Below the pieces are notes generated by a model. It did no database searches. It saw only the letters and a list, made by a program, of their open reading frames with translations, and was not told the origin of the DNA. Shown one piece after another: positions 19,785-28,601 of a stretch of DNA of 64,000 nt. Origin of the DNA: Acidobacteriota bacterium. Lineage in GTDB: Bacteria; Acidobacteriota; UBA6911; RPQK01; JAJDTT01. Numbering within the stretch: the stretch's first letter is position 1; each line of letters begins with the position of its first letter. The stretch lies in NCBI GenBank assembly GCA_965209055.1, contig OZ242374.1, forward strand, positions 1,824,001 to 1,888,000. Direction: 5' to 3'. The position numbers and the translations under genes are program-made.

Positions 19785-20597
19785 TTACTTTTTCAGCTTC
19801 TTGCGGATGGTCTCCGGACTGAGGCCGCCTGCGATCGTCCGCTTGGCGAGCTGTTGGGCGTACCAGACGTCGGACATGCCCGGGCGCTCCCTTTTCAGTT
19901 TCCGATAAGCTTTTCGTATGGCTTGGTCCCTGGCTCGGGTGGCCAGCTTGCGTGCTTCCCGCCGCGTTCGGTTGGGCGTGTAACGGGGATCCACGGTCGT
20001 GGAAGTATCCACCAGTTGGCGAACCAGTGTGTTTTCCAGGCCGAAGCGACCATTGCGAAAGCGGAGCGCATCTGCCAGTGCGATGGCGCCGGATCCCGCC
20101 GCCAACTCCAACTCCCCCTCCTGCGTCCGAAGGCACAGCATCTGGTGGCGTTTCTCGCCGGCAGCCATGCCGATTTGCCGCAAGCCGGCCCTCCGGCTCC
20201 GGTTTCGCCCCGGCCGCAATTTCAGGCACTCGGCCACAAAGTCGCACAACGAAGTCGTACTGCATACCCACCGGGTCAATCGATCGATCCCAACCGGCAC
20301 CCGGTTGATGTCGGCGCGCTTGTCGCAGACGATAAACGAGTCCGATCGGCCGGTCTGGCCGGTGGAAGGGCGAGAAATATTCACCACCGTGTGAACCGGC
20401 ATCACGCATTGCTGCTCACATCCCGGACACACTGCGCTGGTGGCGGGCCGCGTCTTGCGGATGAGCCGCTGTATTTTCAGGGCCGCGACCGAATCATCCG
20501 GCCACCCGGCCAATTCCCGGGAGTCGATTCGGACCGCTTGGTCCGGGGAAGCGCCCACCCGATCCACGAGCTCGATCAGGACGGTTTCTGGACTCAT
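19785..20597 (-). CDS. Hypothetical protein with Cys cluster (CPGCEQQC) and basic C-terminal HTH-like tail
   Basis: 270-aa ORF 3 nt downstream of upstream gene; SDVWYAQQLAK...LSPETIRK tail. Confidence 0.75.
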   Translation of the reverse strand: MSPETVLIELVDRVGASPDQAVRIDSRELAGWPDDSVAALKIQRLIRKTRPATSAVCPGCEQQCVMPVHTVVNISRPSTGQTGRSDSFIVCDKRADINRVPVGIDRLTRWVCSTTSLCDFVAECLKLRPGRNRSRRAGLRQIGMAAGEKRHQMLCLRTQEGELELAAGSGAIALADALRFRNGRFGLENTLVRQLVDTSTTVDPRYTPNRTRREARKLATRARDQAIRKAYRKLKRERPGMSDVWYAQQLAKRTIAGGLSPETIRKKLKK

Positions 20598-20600
20598 CCC

Positions 20601-21797
20601 TTAGCTTTTCTCCCTCGGTTCCTTGAGTTCGATGCCGGAGGCTTCCAGCATCGCTCGCAGCTTCAGATCCCGCTCGTCGTATTTGAGCGAGCAGGAATTG
20701 GGGTACGAAATTCGGATGGCCACCGGCTGGGCTGGCTTGTCTGCATCCATCACCACCGAAGCCGCCAGCTCCACCTGCGTGACGCTGTACAGGTCCAGAG
20801 GGACGGAACGGCCATCCTTCTCCAAAAGGTCGTAGACTGCATCCGGGTTTTTGGAGACATCGGCTTCCACCGTAATCCGATCTCCCTTCCTCACTCTCGA
20901 GGACAACCACAGTTTGTTCACGGCCACGCTCTCGATCCCACTGCCCACGTCGTAAACGAAGCCAAAGCCACGCCGGCGCAGCGGGTCCAGATCGTAGACC
21001 CGTTCGTCGTCGGGATCGGGCGGCAGCCGGTCCAGTTTCAGAATAGCCGTGGCGAACATCCCTTGCAGCGGCTCCACGGCTCGGTAGGGTCCGCGAAAGT
21101 TCAAGTCCAGCGCGCCTTCCTGTTGCGAGTATACAAAGACCACCTCGAAGGTGGGATTGTGCGGACGCTGGTCGAATGCTCCCTTGACCCATTCAATCTG
21201 TTGCTGGGAGTAGTCTTCCGGATAGGCGAAAAAATAGTCCAGGTCACGCCGCCGGTAGGATTCCACCACGCAGTGTTTCCCGCGGCCCTCACTGCGGTGA
21301 AAGTAGGTGCGGATCAGGTCTGCCAGTTGCTCCAAGCTGCTTGAGTCCGTGTCGGCTGCACCGTGGCCCAGGTGCTTGCGCTTGCGCCAATAGGGGAGCG
21401 AGTCGGTATCGTAGAATCGGATGGCCCCTCTCCAGCATTCCGGATAATCCAGATAGGTGATCATGGCTCGATGGGAGTGGCCCGGCAGCGCCGACAACCT
21501 TTCGATGAAAGCCTTCAATCTCCCAGGATCATCCTGCCACCGCCAGCGCGCCTCATCAAAAATGGCCCACACCCCCTTCTCGCAACTCCTCTCAAGGATC
21601 TCTCTGAAATCGACCTCCATGGCGTTGCGCTGTTCGCCGGATAGCTCCAACTAGGCTGCGAACAACTCGTCCGGTTGGATTTCATTCATGGACGAGAAGT
21701 CCAAATCCCCGAACAGTCCTCGGCGCTCAAAATAGCGGGCCAGCAGGTCATTGGGCATCTGCCGGAAAAAGCTCCGGCTCGAATAGTGAAGGGCCAT
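20601..21797 (-). pseudogene. ~398-codon hypothetical gene interrupted by an in-frame TAG at codon 49
   Basis: ATG 21797 MALHYSSRSFFRQMPNDLLARYF...DELFAA*LELSGEQ continues in frame into the 349-aa ORF; TAG at 21651-21653. Confidence 0.75.
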
Positions 21798-21936
21798 GGA
21801 TCATCCCCGGACCATCCGTTCCGAGTGCTGCGAGGATTGGAAGCTTTTCCGACAGCTTACAATGGAACTCTGAACGGTTCGGGAAGTACCTTACCGGAGG
21901 CCATTGCCCAACATGCGCCGCGCAGAGGAGACGGGT

Positions 21937-22251
21937 TGAGGGTCTCCCCCAGAACGGGGCCATGAAGGATGCGATTCCCGACACACTCTGAACCAGGAAG
22001 GAGGATGTCGGATGAAGCGCAAGCGCGACTCGGTGGAGCAGAGCGTAGCGGCAGTGAAACGGCATGAGCTGCGGGTATCTGCCGCGGACCGAGGAGCAGA
22101 CGTTTTGTCGCTGGAAGAAGCAGTATGGTGGCCTGGAGGCTTCCGAGGTTCGGGAACTGAAACAGCTTCGGGAGGAGAACCTCAACGGCTGGTGGCTGAA
22201 TTGAGCCTGGACTAGGTGATGCTGCGGGATCTCGCCCGAAAAAATGGTAGG
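21937..22251 (+). mobile_element. IS3-family remnant (left end + decayed orfA)
   Basis: TG-starting end, RBS, MKRKRDSVEQ, WKKQYGGLEASEVRELKQLREEN, LVAELSLD, then AAAAAATGG frameshift-type motif; orfB absent. Confidence 0.8.
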
Positions 22252-22262
22252 CGCATCTCCGG

Positions 22263-22400
22263 GCAGCCGTCGCTCTGTATTTCGCCTACTATGATTTCTG
22301 CCAGCTGCACGGGACGCTGAGGGTCACGCCGGCCATGGAAGCTGAGCTGACGGATCACGTCTGGACGGTGGAGGAATTGCTGCTCGCGGCACCGGAAGGG
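22263..22400 (+). pseudogene. C-terminal fragment of an IS1-like DDE transposase
   Basis: Translates AAVALYFAYYDFCQLHGTLRVTPAMEAELTDHVWTVEELL. Confidence 0.7.
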
Positions 22401-23245
22401 CTGAAACGGGCGGCTGGACCTTCAGTTATCGCTCTTGCGAGGTGGAGGCGCGGGCGGTCGTGATGCAGGGCGTGGGGGCCAGGTCTTTTCCGTCAGGGTT
22501 TCTCCGGATTTGGGCATACTGCTGCTCCAAAGATCTGCACGTTTCGATCCAGGACGTCTCTTCAACTCCCGATCCTCAAGAATGCCAGCAGGCACGGCGC
22601 GACGGGTGGCCGCAGCTAATCACCGTTGCAACTCTTGGTTCCTCTTGAGAGCCACGTTGTCAGTGAGGTCGCCAAGGTCCATGCGGTTCCAGACCTTATC
22701 CCGCTCTGGTTCCAGATAGCTGCGCTCAAGAATGATTCCATGCAGCTCCGCAGCTTTCTTCGCGTGGTTCCCTGCGACAGCCCTATTCCCGGACAGCCTC
22801 CTGGGCGAAAAAAGACACCCGATCATCTCTAGACAGGCCAGCCGTTTTTTGGTACTTTGCCCCATGGCTTACTTGGGCAGGGAATCTGTGCCATCGAATG
22901 GCGGTGAAGCCCGGAAAGAACAAAGAACGTAGGAGTACGGGAAACCATGAGAGGAGGGCAGGTCTTAGGTGTGGGGCCCGCCGACGATCCCCCTTTCCAA
23001 CCATGGAGTTCATTGCAAGTTATCCGAGAAAGGCCCTCCGACGCAAATGGTCGATCTTCCGCCTAGTGGGTTTGTCAGGGATTTTGCAACTACCGACGAA
23101 TTTCAGCATCTTAGATTTTCTGGAGTGCCCTAATTTAGGGTCGAAGGGAGGGGGTGGCGCCTCCTTTTTGAGAGGGGCGTCATTCCATAATGTGTTCTGT
23201 TGCTAGGGTGTTCTAGTTTCAATCAACAAACCAAGGAGTTACACA

Positions 23246-25399
23246 ATGAAATCGTTGTTCAAAATTCTGGTTCTGGGCGCTGTCCCGATCCTCGCGGTCA
23301 CAATGGTCGCGGATCAGGCCCTCGCCGCCGACAAGGGCTCGCAGTTGATCTTCCAGAGCAACATGGCCCACCAAAGCTTCATCTCGGTTACAAACGCCAA
23401 TAACGGCAGGGCCGTTACGGTGCTGGTTCAGTACTACAACGATGAGATGAGTTTGGTTCTGTACTATCTCCGAGTTATTCCCGGTGGAGGCAACGTCCTG
23501 GTCGACCCCTTCAATCACGAGATTCCCGGGACGGCAGAGAAGGACGATGACGGTATGGAGATGGAGGGCACGGCAATAAACGTCAGCGACGTGCTCGCCA
23601 CACTTCCTCCAATGACGAACGACGATGATGGGGCCGGAGTGAATTCCGGTCGTTTTGCGATCGTCGTGACTGCAGTTGGTGCAAACGTGGGGGTGGACGC
23701 AAATGGTGACGGCACAATCGTCGATGTTGTCAGCCGCGAAACCGCTGGCGCTCCCGTTCCTGGCACTCCTAGAGCGCCACTCGCCGAAAACATAGCAGTC
23801 TCGGTGGGCGGTTATTACATCCTCGATGGTGCGGCCGTGCTTATCAGGAGAGAGGCTACGACCAATGACGATGGTGAAGTTACCGCGATCACATTAAGGG
23901 ACCCGAGGGCTACAGAGCCTACCGACGACAGTGACCAGCCTGCTGACCTTTTTGGGACTTCAGTCGAGACGAATCGATCCGCAATGGTGAACGTTCTCTT
24001 CCCCAGCTACTTGGCTGCAGGCATGCATGGCGTCGACAATATCGACAACGGTGGCAAATTTCGTCTTCTGGGTGGCAATAATCTTGGTTACACCAAGTCC
24101 AACGCGTCACCTACTAGTCCAGACGACACAACCTCCAAGAACGTCGGCGATTTGAATGTGGGCAACGCCATTCCGATCGCATTCAACCACCTGACAGGGC
24201 ATTTCACGGAAGCGCTGACCTCCACCGCATCGGGTGGGGCCGACCAGACCGCCTCCTGGGGTGGCACGCCAATAATCCGTCCGTCTGTTTCTAATACGGC
24301 TAACGCAATGATGTCTGCCAGACAGATTAACGGTACTGCATTGGATAGTGCTGCTAATCAGGAGACTGATGATGTCGTCTCTATGGTGGGCGACGACTAC
24401 CACGCTCTGACCGGTATGGATTCGGGGGTCCATTATCTAGTTTCCGCTCGCGGTCCAGAAGTCGACGTGGGCCCAACTGGTTCTGAAGACGTCACTCCCA
24501 CTTACACTTCTGCGAACACCACCTCATTTATTGTCTCCGACCTTCGCGTCGGCGACAATCCGGACGGTAACGATGCCGCCGGTACCGCAATCGACGCCCT
24601 TACTGCCGAGACGCTTGCTGCTCTAACCCATTCGAATGGCGCCGTACGGGGTGTGTTCGGTGGCCGTTTGGCAGAAAAGGACGCCGGTGGTGGCGAAGTG
24701 GCGAATGCAGTCACAAAGGGTTCCGGCATGAATAGAGGCCTCATGGGCGGAGCTCTGGTGTTGCCGGCTCTTCACGGTGGAGGAGCGGAGACCAAACAGA
24801 TCATGCTTTTCCTGTCTGCCGCGGATCATTTCGGTGGTGCGGGCGGTTACAAGTTGATGGCCGCCAAGACGAAGTACACGGTGACCGTCCATGACAATAT
24901 GGGGGACGTGTTGGCGGACCCGGAGGACGATCGAGTATTCGGTGGTTCGGGGGCGCCCGAGCTTGCGGGCGTCGGCATCATCGTCGAAGGTATCAGTGTG
25001 ATGACCGATGCGGGCGATTGTGGCGGAGACATGATCGACGGGCCTTGGACTGTCGATCATCTGACGGGGATCGTACCCACGGCGTCTTCAGGCGCAGGCA
25101 AATTTGGTGGTCTGGATGCCATGTTGGATCCTGCGAAGAACGCCACCCCGGGCTTCATCAAGTTCATGCGCGGCGGACTGACGTGCAAGAAGGATTTTGG
25201 AGACGGTAACAACGACGACGGCAACACTACCCCCGCCAAAGACGAGCGGACCTACGAAGGCGGTACGCTGATCGTGGAGAAGGCAAGCACAGACCGTGCA
25301 TTCGTCACCACGGGGCAAGCCCTGTTGAAGTTCCTGACGGCGAACTCGACTTTCGCAGCCTCTTGGTCCCTGAAGTCGCCTCCTTCTCCGGCGAACTAA
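23246..25399 (+). CDS. Large exported acidic Gly/Asp/Thr-rich protein (surface-layer/adhesin-like)
   Basis: AAGGAG RBS, signal peptide ending QALA, 717 aa, strong terminator downstream. Confidence 0.85.
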   Translation: MKSLFKILVLGAVPILAVTMVADQALAADKGSQLIFQSNMAHQSFISVTNANNGRAVTVLVQYYNDEMSLVLYYLRVIPGGGNVLVDPFNHEIPGTAEKDDDGMEMEGTAINVSDVLATLPPMTNDDDGAGVNSGRFAIVVTAVGANVGVDANGDGTIVDVVSRETAGAPVPGTPRAPLAENIAVSVGGYYILDGAAVLIRREATTNDDGEVTAITLRDPRATEPTDDSDQPADLFGTSVETNRSAMVNVLFPSYLAAGMHGVDNIDNGGKFRLLGGNNLGYTKSNASPTSPDDTTSKNVGDLNVGNAIPIAFNHLTGHFTEALTSTASGGADQTASWGGTPIIRPSVSNTANAMMSARQINGTALDSAANQETDDVVSMVGDDYHALTGMDSGVHYLVSARGPEVDVGPTGSEDVTPTYTSANTTSFIVSDLRVGDNPDGNDAAGTAIDALTAETLAALTHSNGAVRGVFGGRLAEKDAGGGEVANAVTKGSGMNRGLMGGALVLPALHGGGAETKQIMLFLSAADHFGGAGGYKLMAAKTKYTVTVHDNMGDVLADPEDDRVFGGSGAPELAGVGIIVEGISVMTDAGDCGGDMIDGPWTVDHLTGIVPTASSGAGKFGGLDAMLDPAKNATPGFIKFMRGGLTCKKDFGDGNNDDGNTTPAKDERTYEGGTLIVEKASTDRAFVTTGQALLKFLTANSTFAASWSLKSPPSPAN

Positions 25400-25462
25400 G
25401 CGGGAAGGACCGTCGTTCCTTCTCAACCTTCTGGTTGGATGGGATCATCGGACCAAAGATGG

Positions 25463-25499
25463 AAAAGGGGGGAGTCCAAAGCGGACTCCCCCCTTTTTT
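25463..25499 (+). terminator. Rho-independent (likely bidirectional) terminator
   Basis: aaaagggggggagtcc-aaagc-ggactcccccctttttt. Confidence 0.85.
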
Positions 25500-25698
25500 C
25501 AATCCTGGTAACGGCATCCACGCCTTGGAGGCGGGTTTTCAAACCATCCTTCCTGCCTCCTAGCGGCGTGGAGATGCCCGACAGGGAGCCATCCCGAGCC
25601 GTTCGTTCACCGACAGTGACGACCGTGCGAGTTCCCCGGGCATCCCTGTGGCACCCCTGAAGGGGCCGCGTTGAGGCGGCCCCGCCGCAGGTTCCCTC

Positions 25699-26259
25699 GT
25701 GACTCTTCCTGAGCTCTTCCGCACGTTTCCCGACGAACATGGTTCTGCCCTGTGGTTGGCCGCGATCCGGTGGGGCGCACAGATCTGGTGCCCGGCCTGT
25801 GGATCGAAACGGACGTTCCTATCGGGTGTTCGTCACCCCCGTCATGCGTCCCAGCGCTACCGGTGTCGAGACTGCAAGGGCCATTTCAGCGTCCGCAAGG
25901 GGACGACCCTCCAAAAGACCAAAATCAGCCTGCGGGATTGGGTGTTGGCGATCCATTTGGTATCGACAGACACGGATCTGAAAACATCCAAGCTGACGTT
26001 GCATGACGCTTTGGGGATCAGCCGCCCGACGGCCGTTCGTGTAGCCAAGAAGCTTGAGATATTCCCGAAGAGGCGCAAACGGGGGAAGCCGAGACGGAAA
26101 TGGGGGTCCGTGTTGGTCGATCTGGAGATCCGCAATCTGAAGGTCCGAGCCTCAGCCTACGAGATCGCTAGAGAATTACTGCGGCAGTTGACCCCTCCGG
26201 ACCCAAGCCGGAGGATCATTTCCAATCCGAGGATTCTCAACTTTGACCACCCCCAATAA
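25699..26259 (+). mobile_element. IS1595-family transposase derivative lacking the DDE domain
   Basis: LFRTFPDE...RW...CPACGS...YRCRDC..HFSVRKGT...TKISLRDW..AI...LGISRPTA (Zn ribbon + HTH); no VEVDE-type DDE region. Confidence 0.7.
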
Positions 26260-26316
26260 CAGACTGCGATAGTGACTCTCCAGCCTCCTTTCTTCACATC
26301 CAGCCAGGATCAAAAC

Positions 26317-26850
26317 ATGGATCGACAGGAACTCGTCAACCGCGCCGCCGTCAGCGACCCCGGTACTCCCCGCGCCGTGCTCGAAGCACTGCCCAGCTGG
26401 ACGCTCGAACGCATAGCCGACCCCTCGCTAGTGCCACCGCGAGAAGGTGAGCCCGAGTTGGCTCGTATCGGACGCGCCTACGAGTTGCCTGGCGAAATAG
26501 GGTTTACGAGCGTGTACCAGATCAGGTTCGCGGACGCCACGGTCTATGTTGGATTTACCCGCCAACTGATTGTCGATCGGCTTGCCGACCAGTTGGGATT
26601 CGGGCGCGGCTGGGGAACGTTCTCCGTCATGCGCCGTGCCGAGGCTGGAATCTCCTACCGCATCGAATGCCTTGTTTCTGGCTTGTCAAGGGACGCTGCC
26701 CGCGCCCGCAGAGATGACGAGATCCGGGCGCTGAACAAGCCTTTGAACGGAACGTCCAGCGCCCGCTTTTGGCGCGATCCGATGGATCCACCACCCGAGC
26801 AGAGCGCAGTTGCCAGGTACTACTGCCGACGAGAAGAGCAAGATGAATGA
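26317..26850 (+). CDS. GIY-YIG-like nuclease-fold protein
   Basis: SVYQIRF...VYVGFT...DRL..., EIRAL..PLN; alternative GTG start at 26272. Confidence 0.6.
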   Translation: MDRQELVNRAAVSDPGTPRAVLEALPSWTLERIADPSLVPPREGEPELARIGRAYELPGEIGFTSVYQIRFADATVYVGFTRQLIVDRLADQLGFGRGWGTFSVMRRAEAGISYRIECLVSGLSRDAARARRDDEIRALNKPLNGTSSARFWRDPMDPPPEQSAVARYYCRREEQDE

Positions 26851-27142
26851 GGAGCGTGAATCGGCCAGGGGAAGTTCCACTTTTCGCCAAACTCGGATGC
26901 GGTTCCGCATGTGAGGGCCGCAACTCGCGGCCCACAAAATAGCATGCTTCCGTTTAGAGCGACCAGGGTCCTATACCTGACCCTTCATTCCAGGGCGATC
27001 ATCGATTTTCGCGGCTCTGACGGGCTTTCGTTGCCGACAGGTTCAGATCTGCTCCGGTTCTCCCTTTCTCGTGGGGAGCGGAGCGAATTTCGTCATAGAG
27101 CCGTGCGACCGTACTTCGTGTTCGTCGTCCGTACGATCCACC

Positions 27143-27685
27143 ATGTGGACAAGAAAGCTCCGGAAACCCTTGATCTCTTCCCGAGACGCCAGGCTTCCGG
27201 CCCGGGTTCTGTCCGATCCTTCCGGCGAATCTGTAGAACACGCCCTCATCGGGGAAGCCCTCGTCTTCAAGGGGGAGGTCAGCGGTACTCAGGACCTGAC
27301 GGTCAATGGCCGGTTAGAAGGCACAGTGTCGCTTTCCGGGCACACTGTCACGGTGGGCCGCAACGGTCGGGTCCAGGGCGATATCCTGGCCCGGGTGATT
27401 CGGATCGAGGGTCATGTCGAAGGCGACCTTCAGGGAGAAGAAGTCGTTTTTCTGGGTCCCTCCGGTGTGGTCCGCGGTGATCTCACGACGGTCCGGGTCA
27501 GCATGGACGAAGGGTGCGAGTTCAGCGGCCACGTCCAGGTCGCTGCCAAACTACATCCGGCGAGCGAACTCTCGGTATCCCTGACCGTCCGTCCGGGGCA
27601 CAAGACGGATGATCCCGCACCCTCGAAACCGTTGCCGACCAACGGCCAGAACGCCATGCCTTTCCAAGGACCTCGTCCTCAATAG
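27143..27685 (+). CDS. Bactofilin / polymer-forming cytoskeletal protein
   Basis: IGEALVFKGEV...LTVNGRLEGTV...VGRNGRVQGDI.A..IRIEGHVEGDL...MDEGCEFSG. Confidence 0.85.
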   Translation: MWTRKLRKPLISSRDARLPARVLSDPSGESVEHALIGEALVFKGEVSGTQDLTVNGRLEGTVSLSGHTVTVGRNGRVQGDILARVIRIEGHVEGDLQGEEVVFLGPSGVVRGDLTTVRVSMDEGCEFSGHVQVAAKLHPASELSVSLTVRPGHKTDDPAPSKPLPTNGQNAMPFQGPRPQ

Positions 27686-27927
27686 GGCCGGAGTTGCCCG
27701 GCTCTATTCTCGGACCGGTCCCGATAGTGCGCGGCCACTATCTGCCGACGGTAACGCTCACCCACTGGCTCGACTATGCGGGTGTCCCGTGCGCACCGGA
27801 CGTAGCGCCGGACTCCAACCAACACCAACAGGCTCTCGGTGGTTTTACCGCAACGCTCGCGGCGCCGGGGACCGCACATTGCCCGCAGATCGCGACAGCC
27901 GGCGTACGGCGTAGGTTCGCTCGAAGC

Positions 27928-28098
27928 TCAGGGTTTCTTTCTCCGGGAGGGGAGGGGTTCGCACTTGTCGCCGCAGCGGGGACAGGGGCTCCGGTGGCCT
28001 TGATAGCCACAGTGCGGGCAGTAATAGGTTCGCCGATTCCGAAGCACCTTGGCCGCCTGATGGAGGGACCGTTCCAAGTTGCCGTTCCGGGCAATCAT
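27928..28098 (-). CDS. Small Zn-ribbon protein (56 aa), below ORF-track cutoff
   Basis: MIARNGNLERSLHQAAKVLRNRRTYYCPHCGYQGHRSPCPRCGDKCEPLPSRRKKP. Confidence 0.55.
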   Translation of the reverse strand: MIARNGNLERSLHQAAKVLRNRRTYYCPHCGYQGHRSPCPRCGDKCEPLPSRRKKP

Positions 28099-28175
28099 GT
28101 GCCACTATTTTGCCACGCTAGGGGCGTCATTTCTGGCTTTTCCGCCAGGGATTGAAGGGACGGGAGAAGGAAGCG

Positions 28176-28298
28176 ATGGCCGTGATGCTGGTCAAGCGCA
28201 GCCAGCCCAAGCACGGCTACTCGCCCGACGAACGGGTCAAAGAAAACCGAACCGTCCCGGCGCATGCCGAGGTCCTGTTGGCAAAGTGGGCTGCCTGA
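28176..28298 (+). CDS. Putative 40-aa small protein
   Basis: GGAGAAGGAAG RBS; MAVMLVKRSQPKHGYSPDERVKENRTVPAHAEVLLAKWAA. Confidence 0.35.
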   Translation: MAVMLVKRSQPKHGYSPDERVKENRTVPAHAEVLLAKWAA

Positions 28299-28332
28299 CG
28301 GGTCGCGGTCGGCAGTGTCAATCGATGGGTGG

Positions 28333-28429
28333 GGGGGCAACAATGGGGGCAACCGAAAGGTTCGGGTCAGTCTAATCGGTGTATAATCAATATCTTATGG
28401 GTTAATTGTGGTAGTGATTACCTCCACCA
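28333..28429 (+). other. att-like island boundary (arm-type repeats + IHF box + tmRNA/tRNA-Ala-like 3' fragment)
   Basis: gggggcaac x2 (28333, 28345); AATCAATATCTTA (28385-28397) matches WATCAANNNNTTR; acctccacca at 28420-28429; AT-rich. Confidence 0.6.
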
Positions 28430-28475
28430 ACTTAACTTGCGACATCGCCCCAGCAGCCCCATCGGTGTCACCGGC

Positions 28476-28601
28476 GTGATCACTTCACTTCGACTCGTCG
28501 ATTTCAAGAACTTCGCTGACGAGACACTGCGTGTCGGTCCATTTACCGTGGTTGTCGGCGCCAACGCCAGCGGCAAGAGCAACATCCGGGACGCGTTCCG
28601 T
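28476..28601 (+). pseudogene. N-terminal fragment of an ABC/SMC-like (AAA_21-type) ATPase
   Basis: VITSLRLVDFKNF...FTVVVGANASGKSNIRDAFR; similarity stops where the opposing parA ends. Confidence 0.7.

Larger units (their letters stand above)
2439..21797 (-). mobile_element. ICE-like conjugative element: AlpA/primase-helicase + VirB/VirD4 T4SS + ArdC + PD-(D/E)XK relaxase candidate; no integrase in window
   Basis: Co-directional, mostly overlapping minus-strand genes listed below. Confidence 0.85.

Noticed and set aside
21651-21653. Pyrrolysine or programmed TAG readthrough
   Set aside because: No pyl genes in the window, and other genes (e.g. alpA, the TonB receptor) use TAG as a normal stop; a nonsense mutation is simpler
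1-28429. Integrase, capsid/terminase or reverse transcriptase genes (prophage, retron, DGR)
   Set aside because: No R-H-R-Y, serine recombinase, phage structural or YxDD motifs were recognised in the ORF track
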